This document shows positions 18,179-27,891 of a DNA stretch of 37,038 bases, one piece after another. The stretch is from a virus (lineage: Duplodnaviria > Caudoviricetes). The stretch is from positions 1 to 37,038 of the IMG/VR virus record IMGVR_UViG_3300027683_000009. The stretch is one strand, 5' to 3'. A program made the position numbers and the translations under genes. The number at the start of each line of letters is the position of its first letter. The first letter of the stretch is position 1. The notes under the pieces were generated by a model. It made no database searches and was not told the DNA's origin. It was given only the letters and a program-made list of their open reading frames with translations.

Positions 18179-18384
18179 TTAGTTTTTTTATTTACTATTC
18201 TATATTTTGAACTAAAATCATTGGTTTTATTACATATTGCTTTTGTAATGGATGTCCATCCAGAAAAATTATTAAAATTTACACAGAATGGATTATAAAA
18301 ATAACTCACTCTAAGAAATTTTTTAAATGATATTAAGGTATTATAAAAAGAATTTGTATTCTTTTTTATATAGAAATGTGCCAT
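18175..18384 (-). CDS. Small hypothetical protein
   Basis: 69 aa filling the gap exactly; N-terminus MAHFY resembles MTHYY of the next gene. Confidence 0.55.
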   Translation of the reverse strand: MAHFYIKKNTNSFYNTLISFKKFLRVSYFYNPFCVNFNNFSGWTSITKAICNKTNDFSSKYRIVNKKTK

Positions 18385-18385
18385 T

Positions 18386-19600
18386 TTATATAAACCTTAT
18401 AATATAACAACTTGTACCACTATATTGCCATTGTATCCATGCTTCTTCGCAAATTGTATATGTTGATTCATTTGTTAATGAAACAGCAAAATTTACATCA
18501 AAAGTTAATGTATCACTTGTGTTACTTACAACTCTTGCCATTTGTCCCTGGCCAGGACCACTCATTATTATAACAGCTTTTCCAATCCATTCATTAGTTG
18601 ACCAACTTTTACTTGTATCTGTTAATAGATTAGTTGCACCTGCAGATGTTGTTGTTCCTGTATCCAATCTATATATTTCTACAGTATTTTCATAAAATTG
18701 AGCCGTTGAGTTTGGAATTTTCCAGAATGTTATATATTCATAAAGAAATCCATAAGTACTTGTTGAACTATAATATATATATCCTGGAAATGATCCATTA
18801 TATAGGGAATTTTCATCTGGGTCAACTGTTGTCATTGTACCTATAGACGCTACGGATGAAGACACATTATTTTGTGCTGCATTTGTATAAACATTATAAG
18901 AAAGACAATAAGCGTATGCTGTATTGCCGTTTATATTGTTTGTAAAGCAATATGGGTATGGTGTATTACCAATTTTAGCACCTGCACTCCAGTTTTGTGC
19001 TGTTGTTACAGTAACCGTGTTTGCTGATTTATTAACACCTGTTATTGTTACTCTCTCCATTGTATTTGTACTATTTTCTAACATTAAATGGGATTCACCA
19101 ACATAGAAATCATTTGCTTGACCAGAACCTAATTGTAGAGTTACACCTGTTCCTGCTGTTACACTGGATTGTAATGTTCCTAATGTATTCCAATATCTTG
19201 TAAACTTTCCCCAATAGAGACAATAATATGTAACACCTAATTTAAGTGTAACAAAACCAAAATTTTTGTTACCTGAAAACCATATAGTAAATGGGTCAGC
19301 ATCATAAGTAGCCAAATAATATGATGTTGCGGAATGTTTAAATGTACCAACATGTGTTGTTGCATTCCAATATGTATACATTGCAAAGTTTATTCTATTA
19401 GCTGTTGCATTGTTTAATTCAAAATACATATCCAATTCTGAACCATCTTCACCGCCATTATTTTTTAATACATAATATTTACTTGCTGACCATTGGTTAT
19501 CAACTAATGTCCAACCCGCAGCAACCATTGCAGTAACTATATAACTTAAAGCGTCAGCAGTATTCAAAACAGGTTTTGCAATTAATCTTTCTATAGCCAT
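18386..19600 (-). CDS. Virion structural/fibre-like beta-rich protein
   Basis: 404 aa rich in T/N/G/Y; LTDTSKSWSTNEWIG..V.I.SG.G.GQ...V.SNT..TLT module typical of phage appendage proteins. Confidence 0.65.
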   Translation of the reverse strand: MAIERLIAKPVLNTADALSYIVTAMVAAGWTLVDNQWSASKYYVLKNNGGEDGSELDMYFELNNATANRINFAMYTYWNATTHVGTFKHSATSYYLATYDADPFTIWFSGNKNFGFVTLKLGVTYYCLYWGKFTRYWNTLGTLQSSVTAGTGVTLQLGSGQANDFYVGESHLMLENSTNTMERVTITGVNKSANTVTVTTAQNWSAGAKIGNTPYPYCFTNNINGNTAYAYCLSYNVYTNAAQNNVSSSVASIGTMTTVDPDENSLYNGSFPGYIYYSSTSTYGFLYEYITFWKIPNSTAQFYENTVEIYRLDTGTTTSAGATNLLTDTSKSWSTNEWIGKAVIIMSGPGQGQMARVVSNTSDTLTFDVNFAVSLTNESTYTICEEAWIQWQYSGTSCYIIRFI

Positions 19601-19611
19601 TTTAACCTACC

Positions 19612-20037
19612 TTATGCACCGGATTCACTTCTAAATCTCATAACACCATTAACATTAAAATAAAGTGTAAATGTACCATAGTTGACGTTTTTATCACTTA
19701 AAAAGTCATATAAACAAATCAATGGTTTACCAGATGCAGTATCATCATATATTACAGCATATCTTGCTGTAAATGTGGCAAGAGTCCAAGCTGGGTCATT
19801 TGCACTTAATGTTGTTATACCAGAAGATTCGGTCCATGTAACACCTGTTAATAAATTACCACCTGTGGTGTATCCATTTCCACTTGCAACTTCATTTGTT
19901 AATTGTGCATAAAATTCATGTGCATTTGATGGAGTATATGTGTTTGTTAATAAACATACTTTTAAATTATCTGTATCCAAATCAATTTCTTTATTTCCTA
20001 CTTTTTGTCCAAACTTATCATAAATAAAATTTGCCAT
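19612..20037 (-). CDS. Virion appendage/minor tail protein (paralog A)
   Basis: 141 aa; same domain as 15793..16221. Confidence 0.75.
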   Translation of the reverse strand: MANFIYDKFGQKVGNKEIDLDTDNLKVCLLTNTYTPSNAHEFYAQLTNEVASGNGYTTGGNLLTGVTWTESSGITTLSANDPAWTLATFTARYAVIYDDTASGKPLICLYDFLSDKNVNYGTFTLYFNVNGVMRFRSESGA

Positions 20038-20043
20038 TTTTTA

Positions 20044-20874
20044 TTACCATCCTATAGAGATTCCGTATCCTTCATACGCCTCTTCCAGTTTTAATTTTTC
20101 TTCTAATTCTCTTTTTTCTTCTTTTGCTTCTGAAATCAATTCACTACCATCTAAAGAAACACCAGTACCACCGATTGATGCAAAATTTGCAAATTTACTT
20201 CTTATTCTACCTAATATTTCTTTTGTTTCCGCTGTTGCGTAATCATAAATCCAATCACTTATATAAAAATCATTATTACTTGAACCATTAGTCCAATTAC
20301 TGACATTTGTTGAGCCTTCAATCATATATGACCTTAATAAAATCCAGCCGGGTGAATCAATTGTCCATTCTCGTCCATCTTTCCAGAATGTTAATGAATT
20401 TCCTGTCTCTGGTTCTGGATGTACCTCAAGTTCATTTTGATATTTATGGTATGTATATGTGTATTGTGATGGAGTATATTTTTTAATGTTTTCCAGAAAA
20501 TCTCTTGCAATATGATATGATACCAATGTATAACCACCATCTGCTGTGTTAAAAAGAGATTGATACATACCTTGATTAAATAAAAAGTTTTCAACTGTGA
20601 ATAGGGTGTTTATACCACCGCCTGCACTTCCTGTATCATCATATGAGATTATTTCCGTTACACCTAATGGTAATTCATATATTGTTTGACCACCGGATAG
20701 AGCAAGTGTAAAGAACACCTCATTGGTTGCTTGACCAACGGCCCATTTTATAAACTTATCTCTTGCATAATCAATAGCATCATAGATTTGAGTATTATCA
20801 ATTTCTACTTTGATCATTGGGTGACCAAGTCTTCTTTTTATTTTTTGGGCTAATTGTTGTTTTGTTATACTCAT
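20044..20874 (-). CDS. Neck protein, T4 gp13-like
   Basis: IKRRLGHP.I.VE...Q..D.ID.A; W...YA.A..K..LG..R.KF...GGV.LDG..L..EA..E. Confidence 0.93.
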   Translation of the reverse strand: MSITKQQLAQKIKRRLGHPMIKVEIDNTQIYDAIDYARDKFIKWAVGQATNEVFFTLALSGGQTIYELPLGVTEIISYDDTGSAGGGINTLFTVENFLFNQGMYQSLFNTADGGYTLVSYHIARDFLENIKKYTPSQYTYTYHKYQNELEVHPEPETGNSLTFWKDGREWTIDSPGWILLRSYMIEGSTNVSNWTNGSSNNDFYISDWIYDYATAETKEILGRIRSKFANFASIGGTGVSLDGSELISEAKEEKRELEEKLKLEEAYEGYGISIGW

Positions 20875-20898
20875 ATTTTTATAAATCCTTTTATGTTA

Positions 20899-20906
20899 TA
20901 TTTATT
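20899..20906 (-). promoter_or_regulatory. Putative late promoter (AATAAATA) upstream of gp13
   Basis: Variant of TATAAATA about 25 nt upstream of the ATG. Confidence 0.5.
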
Positions 20907-20918
20907 TATTTAACATAT

Positions 20919-22460
20919 TTAAATATCTCTATTTGTCAACCAAGACCAATCCTCTATTATAGTATTTATATCAGATAATATACCCCAGGCATCTTCATCT
21001 TCATCATTTTTCTTAAATTCAAAAGTTTCATCAAGAATATCCATTTCAAAGATATAACAAGCCCAATATAGAGCAGATACAAGGTCATCATTTAAATCTT
21101 TACCAAAAAATTTTCCACCTTCTTCTATATATGAACCAAGTTCTTTTAATGTTTTTTCATGTCTGATTTCCAAACAACCATCTTCAATAATTTTTTTCAT
21201 AAGAAGAACCGCTTTTGGTTTTGTTGAACGAGATGCTCTTATTCCAAGTGATACTTCTTTTGAACCTGAGTTTACAAGATTTGAATTTTCATGCTCCCAC
21301 CAAAGTCTTCTAACAACAGCTGAACCTTCTGAGTTGTTTTCAACCATTATATAGGCATTATTATAATAAATGGAAAGTCTATGAATGATATCCGCAAAAT
21401 CATAAATATCTGTCATGTTATCATAAAAAACACCAACTTGGACCATACCTACTGGTTTAACACTTTCTATTTTTATAATTTGAATGACTGAATAATTTTC
21501 GCCCGAACCTTTAGCAACATCAACACCCATAACATATAGAGAATCCGTTTTTGGTTTTTCCCATATAAGGAGTCTATCATTTAAGTCTCTCATTACGGGG
21601 TCCACATTTTTTCTTAATATGACCCTTAGAACATCAGGTGATATAACAGTGTTTGTTGATCCAATAAACTGAACAGCAAATTCTTGGTCAAATTGTTTCT
21701 GACCAAGGTTTTTAATTTGTTCTATTGCCCAATTTTTATCTCTACCTGGAACCTTTTCCCATGATACTTTTGTATATACAAAAGTATTTTTACCAAACTC
21801 TGCTTCTGTATATATTCTATGAAAAATATTAAACAATCCATTTGGTGTGGATATGATAATAATCTTTGCTTCTTTTGAGGCTGAAATTGTAGGATAGTTG
21901 GCAGACCAAAACTCTTCTGCTTGACTTCCGGGAACAAATGCAAATTCATCACAGACCAATAGATTCATTGTCTCACCACGAAATGCGTCTGCTGATGTTG
22001 CTGATATAACTATTCTTGTTCCATTATCAAAAGAAATAAATGTTTTTGAGTATTCTGTAACACCCGGTTTTAACCATGTAGGTAAACATTCATAAGATTT
22101 TTTAATACGGTGGAGAATCATTTTAGCAGATGATTCTTTGTTTGAAACAATACCAATTGTTTTGTTCTCATTAAATATAGCATACCATATAACATATGAA
22201 GAAACAATAGTGGTTTTTCCTGATTGGCGGGAACAAAGTGCAACATTAAATCTATAATCTTGAAATTTTTGTAGTAGTTCTAATTGATAATCATAAGGTT
22301 CAAAAAAGATTTCACCTTTATCTGGATTTACAATCTTTACATACTTTATAAAATAATTAACACTTTCTGAACATTTTTGTAATTCTTGTATGTTTTCAGG
22401 AGAGTATTCTAATTCCTCTCTTGGCCTTTTAATAAATTTATCATCATACTTTACGGGCAC
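20919..22460 (-). CDS. Terminase large subunit, T4 gp17-like
   Basis: GTG start; PYDYQ Q-motif, Walker A SRQSGKTT, Walker B LLVCDEFAFV, ISTPNG, F.QEF...F.G, RNase H GVDVA.G.G, DDLV. Confidence 0.98.
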   Translation of the reverse strand: MPVKYDDKFIKRPREELEYSPENIQELQKCSESVNYFIKYVKIVNPDKGEIFFEPYDYQLELLQKFQDYRFNVALCSRQSGKTTIVSSYVIWYAIFNENKTIGIVSNKESSAKMILHRIKKSYECLPTWLKPGVTEYSKTFISFDNGTRIVISATSADAFRGETMNLLVCDEFAFVPGSQAEEFWSANYPTISASKEAKIIIISTPNGLFNIFHRIYTEAEFGKNTFVYTKVSWEKVPGRDKNWAIEQIKNLGQKQFDQEFAVQFIGSTNTVISPDVLRVILRKNVDPVMRDLNDRLLIWEKPKTDSLYVMGVDVAKGSGENYSVIQIIKIESVKPVGMVQVGVFYDNMTDIYDFADIIHRLSIYYNNAYIMVENNSEGSAVVRRLWWEHENSNLVNSGSKEVSLGIRASRSTKPKAVLLMKKIIEDGCLEIRHEKTLKELGSYIEEGGKFFGKDLNDDLVSALYWACYIFEMDILDETFEFKKNDEDEDAWGILSDINTIIEDWSWLTNRDI

Positions 22461-22499
22461 TTTACAAATTATCCTCCATTATATTTAATTATATAAGGA

Positions 22500-22507
22500 T
22501 ATTTATA
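22500..22507 (-). promoter_or_regulatory. T4-type late promoter TATAAATA for the large terminase
   Basis: Exact consensus immediately downstream of the spoVR terminator, 40 nt before the gp17 start. Confidence 0.7.
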
Positions 22508-22508
22508 T

Positions 22509-22548
22509 AAAAAAGAAGGGGAATGTTATGTAAAATAACATTCCCCTT
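22509..22548 (-). terminator. Intrinsic terminator after spoVR
   Basis: 14-bp stem aaggggaatgttat / ataacattcccctt, 5-nt loop, then T-tract on the minus strand. Confidence 0.88.
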
Positions 22549-22568
22549 TATTTATTTTCACCTGTTTT

Positions 22569-24152
22569 TTATATTAATTTTATTACAGGATTTGGTTTCT
22601 CAAATGGCGTTGATGAACCACTTTTAAAGACTGACCAGATATTATTATCCTTTTTTTCAGGTATATTTTTATTAGCATTTAAATCCAGAACTTCCACTTT
22701 TTCATTTATTATGGTTTCTAAATATACATCTTTACCCCATAGAGTTCTAATATGTTTCATTGTTCTTTTTGCATATTCAAGATCAAGGTCAACACCACTA
22801 TGTGAGTGTATCATATATAGATTACCACCTTTATAATTACCATCTGCTATTTCAATATTCGGTATATGTGAATGTGAAAAACTATTTATAATAACTTTGG
22901 CAACTGTTTTACTTTCATGTTTAGTTCTAACAATATCAATAGTGTCTCGTGTTTCTTTTAATACATAGATATACATTTTAAGTTTTTCTACAAGTTCAGG
23001 TGTTAAGAAGTCCTGTAGGAAAAACCAATCAGTATAACTTTTCATTACTTCCATCATCTTTTGATGACCACCCATTTCTTTTGTATCCCAGTTAGCTACC
23101 TGGTTTCTATTTTGACATTCTTCATATTCATCACCATGACGACCTTTATCCCATCTTTCAACTATATCATTCCATATTTCACATCCAATTAAATATGGAT
23201 TCATTTGTGTTGGACCCATTGCCTTAACAAGTGAATTTGCATAGTTATATTCTGCGTGGTCTTTACTATCAAGAGTGCCGTCCTCAATTAAATCTTGAAG
23301 AAGTTTTTGGTGCCAATATGTGGCAAAACCTTCATTCATATATTTTGTTTTAATTTGAGGCCAGTAATACCTACCTTCTTGTCGTAGAACTTCAAGAATA
23401 TCTTTTTCCCAATCAACAAGATTTTTTGAGTTATCAATTATATATCTTAATAAATCTCCGGTCGGTTCAACTGGAGTCTTATCACATAAAGACTTCCATA
23501 ATTCTTGATTAAATAACTCAACATCTTTCTTTACAAGGTCTTCAGTTAGATTTTGAAATATATCTCTAAATTCTGATTTTGATACTTTATGAAATGTTTT
23601 CTTACTATATTCAAATGCTTTCTTTCTTTTTTCATCTTCTGTTTCATTATCAAATGGTGATGAATGGAATTGAATAGAGTGTCCGGCATCAACAATTCTT
23701 TCAATGTTATCAATACCAAAATGACGTTCGTATTCCATAATTCTTTCAGATGACATTTGCATATATGAGATAATATCTCTCCGAGATTGTTGGAAATATT
23801 TATTCATTGTAAAAAATGCAACATGTCCAATAACATGGGCCATAACAAGACTTTGAACACCAAATGTATTTGACTTCATTAAATATGCTCTTGCTGGGTC
23901 CGAGTTAATAACAACTTCATATGGTAGACCAGCATGAACATGTTCATTTATTGTTCGGAGACGTTCATAGTCACGACCAAATTTCCAGTTAGATAAATTT
24001 CCTGGAATATGATATGCCATAATCTCTAACATCTTTTGATCAGGAATAACATCCCATTCAATATCACAATATTCAAGACCATATTTTTCACGGGCCAGTT
24101 GGTTCAGTCTATCTTCAACTTTGATAAGTTTTTGTAGTTCTGATCTATTCAT
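22569..24152 (-). CDS. spoVR: SpoVR/YcgB family protein
   Basis: W.FG..Y, YEVVINSDP..AYL...N......LVMAHV.GH..FF..N, DLL..I, PQIKTK.MNEGFATYWH, NPY..G, D..FL..FLT. Confidence 0.96.
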   Translation of the reverse strand: MNRSELQKLIKVEDRLNQLAREKYGLEYCDIEWDVIPDQKMLEIMAYHIPGNLSNWKFGRDYERLRTINEHVHAGLPYEVVINSDPARAYLMKSNTFGVQSLVMAHVIGHVAFFTMNKYFQQSRRDIISYMQMSSERIMEYERHFGIDNIERIVDAGHSIQFHSSPFDNETEDEKRKKAFEYSKKTFHKVSKSEFRDIFQNLTEDLVKKDVELFNQELWKSLCDKTPVEPTGDLLRYIIDNSKNLVDWEKDILEVLRQEGRYYWPQIKTKYMNEGFATYWHQKLLQDLIEDGTLDSKDHAEYNYANSLVKAMGPTQMNPYLIGCEIWNDIVERWDKGRHGDEYEECQNRNQVANWDTKEMGGHQKMMEVMKSYTDWFFLQDFLTPELVEKLKMYIYVLKETRDTIDIVRTKHESKTVAKVIINSFSHSHIPNIEIADGNYKGGNLYMIHSHSGVDLDLEYAKRTMKHIRTLWGKDVYLETIINEKVEVLDLNANKNIPEKKDNNIWSVFKSGSSTPFEKPNPVIKLI

Positions 24153-24170
24153 TTTATGTGTTTCCTTTTC

Positions 24171-25463
24171 TTATCGTTTTTTAAACAACATATGTTTAAG
24201 TGCTGGAAAAATATGTTCTTTTCCCCGTATAATGGATACAAGAAATCTATGATGTATATCTATATAAGCTTCTAATCCATCTACATTTGTTTTACCAAAT
24301 TTGAATTTACCTAAAATCTCTTTTAGTAAAACTCTCCAGGTATTTCCAACATCAATTTCAACATATGATAACATGTTAATGTTTTTTTGTAGCATTCTTT
24401 CAATTTCAATTACAGTATCTTTTGGATTAAAATCTTCTCCATCGGAGATATAGATACAGTAAGTATTCCATTCACTTACTGGAAATTCAGTTTCTATTTT
24501 ATAATTTACCAATTTAAATGCTGATGAACAATTTGTACCACCAGATTCACCTTTATGAAAGAATGTATCTTCATCAACTTCATTTGCTTCTGTTGTATGT
24601 GTAATAAATACAACTTCAACATTGTCATATACTTTTCTAAGAAATTCAACAAGCCAGAACAACATTGACCTTGCTAAATATTTTTTATTAATTGTCATTG
24701 AACCAGATACATCCATCATACAGAAGATTACAGCCTTTGATTGATATTCAACATCTTCTTCAATTTGTTTGAATCTCATATCATCATCTTCAATAAAAAC
24801 ATCATTATCATAAATCTTTTCTAATTTATTATTCTTTATAATATCAATGGCTTCTTCAATATCACCCCGTGCTTGAATCAAAGATGAGTGTGCTTCTTCT
24901 TGAGTACAACCACATTCATTCATAATTTCAATTGAATAGGAAACCATTCTCCTAATTGCTTCCATCATGGTTTTCTTTTTATGAATACGTGGCATTATAC
25001 CTTTTTTGGATGTAGTTTCAAATTTCCATCCTTTTGTAACCAAATCTTGTGCTTTTGTTTTTTCTTCAATCCAAGGAAGACCAAGATCATCAAACATGAT
25101 TTTGATTAAATAGTCAATATCAACCTCTGCTTCAAGATAATCAATTCCAGGTCTTTTACCGGGTTCACCTTCTTTACCTTGGCCGGGTTTTGGAATAGAA
25201 TCAATTATATCACCATCTGTATCACCTTGACCAATACCAGCTTTATCACCTTTTTCATTTTGGCCATATATGAAACGATAATCTTTTAAACCTCTAACGG
25301 GTATTTTTACCTTTCTATTACCCTTGTTTGTGATAATTGATTCTTCACCAATAACATCCTTTACATTTTCTCTGATGGATTTATCAATCTTTTTCTGGTG
25401 TCTTTCGGCATCCTTTATACCTTTTTCGGATAAATCCCAATCATCGTGTAATATAATACCCAT
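24171..25463 (-). CDS. yeaH: YeaH/YhbH (DUF444, vWA-like) protein
   Basis: DA.RH..K....I, EESII, KIPVRGL..YRF.YG, Gly-rich linker, D.RF, AV.FCMMDVSGSM MIDAS, HTTEA.EVDE..FFH.GESGGT..SSA, SDGED. Confidence 0.95.
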   Translation of the reverse strand: MGIILHDDWDLSEKGIKDAERHQKKIDKSIRENVKDVIGEESIITNKGNRKVKIPVRGLKDYRFIYGQNEKGDKAGIGQGDTDGDIIDSIPKPGQGKEGEPGKRPGIDYLEAEVDIDYLIKIMFDDLGLPWIEEKTKAQDLVTKGWKFETTSKKGIMPRIHKKKTMMEAIRRMVSYSIEIMNECGCTQEEAHSSLIQARGDIEEAIDIIKNNKLEKIYDNDVFIEDDDMRFKQIEEDVEYQSKAVIFCMMDVSGSMTINKKYLARSMLFWLVEFLRKVYDNVEVVFITHTTEANEVDEDTFFHKGESGGTNCSSAFKLVNYKIETEFPVSEWNTYCIYISDGEDFNPKDTVIEIERMLQKNINMLSYVEIDVGNTWRVLLKEILGKFKFGKTNVDGLEAYIDIHHRFLVSIIRGKEHIFPALKHMLFKKR

Positions 25464-25487
25464 TTTAAAACCCTTTCCGTTTAAATT

Positions 25488-25742
25488 TTAATCTTCTGAT
25501 TCTTCAACATCTTCATTCTTTACAGACTCTTTCTTTTTAGAACATTTATCATTTGTAGAAAAGCCCATTTTATGTTTTTTCTTTTTCTTTTTATTTTCAT
25601 AGCAATCATCATCATCAAACATTCTTATTTTATTTAAGAACTCTGTTTCTTCAACTTCATCAAAATTATCAAAGGAAGAGGCTATCACAGTTGTTTTTGA
25701 TTCGTCCTCAACATCTCCGATTTGTACAGTTATTCTAATCAA
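25488..25742 (-). CDS. Small acidic protein with poly-Lys patch, first gene of the yeaH-spoVR transcript
   Basis: TTG start with AGAGGA RBS, downstream of the promoter at 25774-25803. Confidence 0.65.
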   Translation of the reverse strand: MIRITVQIGDVEDESKTTVIASSFDNFDEVEETEFLNKIRMFDDDDCYENKKKKKKHKMGFSTNDKCSKKKESVKNEDVEESED

Positions 25743-25773
25743 TATATTATCCTCTCTTTCTTTTCTTTTTTAT

Positions 25774-25803
25774 ATTATACTATATTTATCAAAAGTTGTA
25801 AAC
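25774..25803 (-). promoter_or_regulatory. Sigma70/sigmaA-type (T4 early-like) promoter for orf-yeaH-spoVR
   Basis: GTTTACA-17 bp-TATAAT. Confidence 0.85.
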
Positions 25804-25808
25804 TAAAT

Positions 25809-25845
25809 AAAAAAGGCTGGGTGAATATAGATACACCCAGCCTTT
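25809..25845 (-). terminator. Intrinsic terminator after prkA
   Basis: aaaggctgggtg / cacccagccttt inverted repeat with T-tract on the minus strand. Confidence 0.88.
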
Positions 25846-25863
25846 CCCAATCATAAGAAACTT

Positions 25864-27840
25864 TTACGATTGTTTTCTCAGTATTTCACCGACAAATGAA
25901 AGAAGAACATTTGCACAGTGTTCACAGTAACCTTTTTCCATCAAGGTCTTAAACGCTTTACTTCTCGCTTTCATCCTCTTTGGATCGGTACTTGTGGTAT
26001 TTACAATTGACAGATTGACCACATTTTTAAGATCACTCATTAGTTTCTTTTCAATCGCTTCTTTCAAAGGTGCATAAGAATCATATTTAAATTCCTTGCC
26101 ACGATCTCCGCAACTTGATTTATGAACAAATATACCGTTTCTAAATTCATCTTTGGAATTTACAGGGACGCCAATAAGTTCTTCAAGTGATCGCATCAGT
26201 TTTTCATCAGGTGAACTATATTCACCCGTTGCTGTATCTTCAATCTTTTCTTTTCTACAGTAAGCTCCGACATTCAACATATATCGGTTAAACAATTCGG
26301 TTGCTTGTTCGTCATAAGCGTGAAGGAATGCCATATTGATTTCTTTTTTGGCAAACTCACGGAACTCAGCAAGTGCTGAATCTTTTTCAGCAACCAACAG
26401 GTTTGTAAAGTTCTTAATATCCTGTTCTTCAATACCAGTGTGGTGATCAAAGTTTTGTTTAAGTGCTCGCAGAACATCAATTGGATTGATACAGTTTTTA
26501 TCTTCTTTTGATGCGAGTGCTATATTAAGTGCATTGATAATAAACCTTGGAGATATACCTTGGTCCATACCTTCACCATTTCTTCTCCCATCCTCACGAA
26601 TCTTTTTAATATCAACTTCTTCCTTTTTAAATTCGTTAGATGTTCTACCATCATAGAGTTTCATTTTTTCAATCAAAGAGGAAACTTTGGTAGATTTCTT
26701 TAGCCTTGTTAATACGGCAAACTGTGCTGCCAATTCAAGGGTACCTGGAGCGATATGAATATTCCTAAAATCAGATTCTTGAATCATTTTCTTATAAATT
26801 TCAATTTCTTCGGATACATTCAAATTCCAGGGTACAATTACTTTATACATACGGTCATGAAGTGCTTCATTTTTCTTGTCCGATTTAAATGTATCATACT
26901 CTGTTTGGTTTGTATGCGAAAGAATCAATTCATCAAGATAAATCTGTGGAAAACCAGGTGACTTGATTACTTGTTCTTGTGCCGCTGAAATAAGAACATA
27001 GTGAAATTTAATATCTGCTTTTAAAATTTCAATATATTCAATCAATCCACGGTTGGCAACTTGCAATTCACCGTCAAAGCTAAATGCTCGGGGATCGGTT
27101 TCACCGTAACGAGCAATCTTAGCCATATTTACCCGACCGATTAACTCGGTAATATCTTGAGATTTTGGGTCGGATGGTTGAAATGTGCCAATTGCAATTC
27201 TTTCCTGTTCGGATGGTATTACTGCTGTAACCGGGATTTCAGACCAACGAACAGTTCCATCATCGTCAGTATAATTTTCTTTAACAACTTGACGACAATG
27301 AGGACAAAGATAACCCTCTATTTTAATACCCAACTTTTCTTCCCAATATGCTCGGTCATTGATTGGAATTGCATGCAAAGGTTCTTCATTGATCGGACAA
27401 CCTTTGATTGCAAACATTGGTGTATCATCTTTTTCAAGACCTCGCTTTAATAGCGCCGCGATTGTAGACTTACCACTCGCGACTGGGCCCACCATGATTA
27501 AAATTCTTTTTCCTGTTTCAGTCCTACGTGCAGACGCTTTCAAGAATTTCATAACATCATGGATAGCCATCTTTGATTCAAGACCAAAGATTTTTCCATC
27601 AAAAAACTTATACTCCACGAGGTCTTCATACCCCGCTAATTTAACATCATTTGGTACATCATTAACACCGTATTTCATAATCATATTGAAAATACGACCT
27701 GGGGCAAAATTAGCAACCTCAGGATTTTTATGAACTAATTCTAAATAATCAAGCGAGTTTCCTTCCCATTTATGAAACGGATTAATTTTCTTTTGGGAAA
27801 GAATTGCTTGCTTGAAGTCTTCCATTAAAGGTGATAACAT
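25864..27840 (-). CDS. prkA: PrkA/YeaG family AAA+ ATPase ('serine protein kinase')
   Basis: Walker A GPVASGKST, GCPINEEPL, LCPHC, F.PSDPKSQDI.EL.G, DPRAFSFDGEL.VANRG..E..E..K, HTN..EY, EAL.DR, GISPRF, GYCEHCAN. Confidence 0.97.
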   Translation of the reverse strand: MLSPLMEDFKQAILSQKKINPFHKWEGNSLDYLELVHKNPEVANFAPGRIFNMIMKYGVNDVPNDVKLAGYEDLVEYKFFDGKIFGLESKMAIHDVMKFLKASARRTETGKRILIMVGPVASGKSTIAALLKRGLEKDDTPMFAIKGCPINEEPLHAIPINDRAYWEEKLGIKIEGYLCPHCRQVVKENYTDDDGTVRWSEIPVTAVIPSEQERIAIGTFQPSDPKSQDITELIGRVNMAKIARYGETDPRAFSFDGELQVANRGLIEYIEILKADIKFHYVLISAAQEQVIKSPGFPQIYLDELILSHTNQTEYDTFKSDKKNEALHDRMYKVIVPWNLNVSEEIEIYKKMIQESDFRNIHIAPGTLELAAQFAVLTRLKKSTKVSSLIEKMKLYDGRTSNEFKKEEVDIKKIREDGRRNGEGMDQGISPRFIINALNIALASKEDKNCINPIDVLRALKQNFDHHTGIEEQDIKNFTNLLVAEKDSALAEFREFAKKEINMAFLHAYDEQATELFNRYMLNVGAYCRKEKIEDTATGEYSSPDEKLMRSLEELIGVPVNSKDEFRNGIFVHKSSCGDRGKEFKYDSYAPLKEAIEKKLMSDLKNVVNLSIVNTTSTDPKRMKARSKAFKTLMEKGYCEHCANVLLSFVGEILRKQS

Positions 27841-27891
27841 CTAAAAACTCCTTTCTTTTGTTTTTTATTTTATCTCTCACTCTTTAAAAAC

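Noticed and set aside
22569-27840. prkA-yeaH-spoVR as flanking host chromosome (prophage boundary)
   Set aside because: Flanked on both sides by core phage genes on the same strand, shares its promoter motif with the phage nucleotidase gene, and no integrase or att-like repeats are visible; chimerism still needs a read check.
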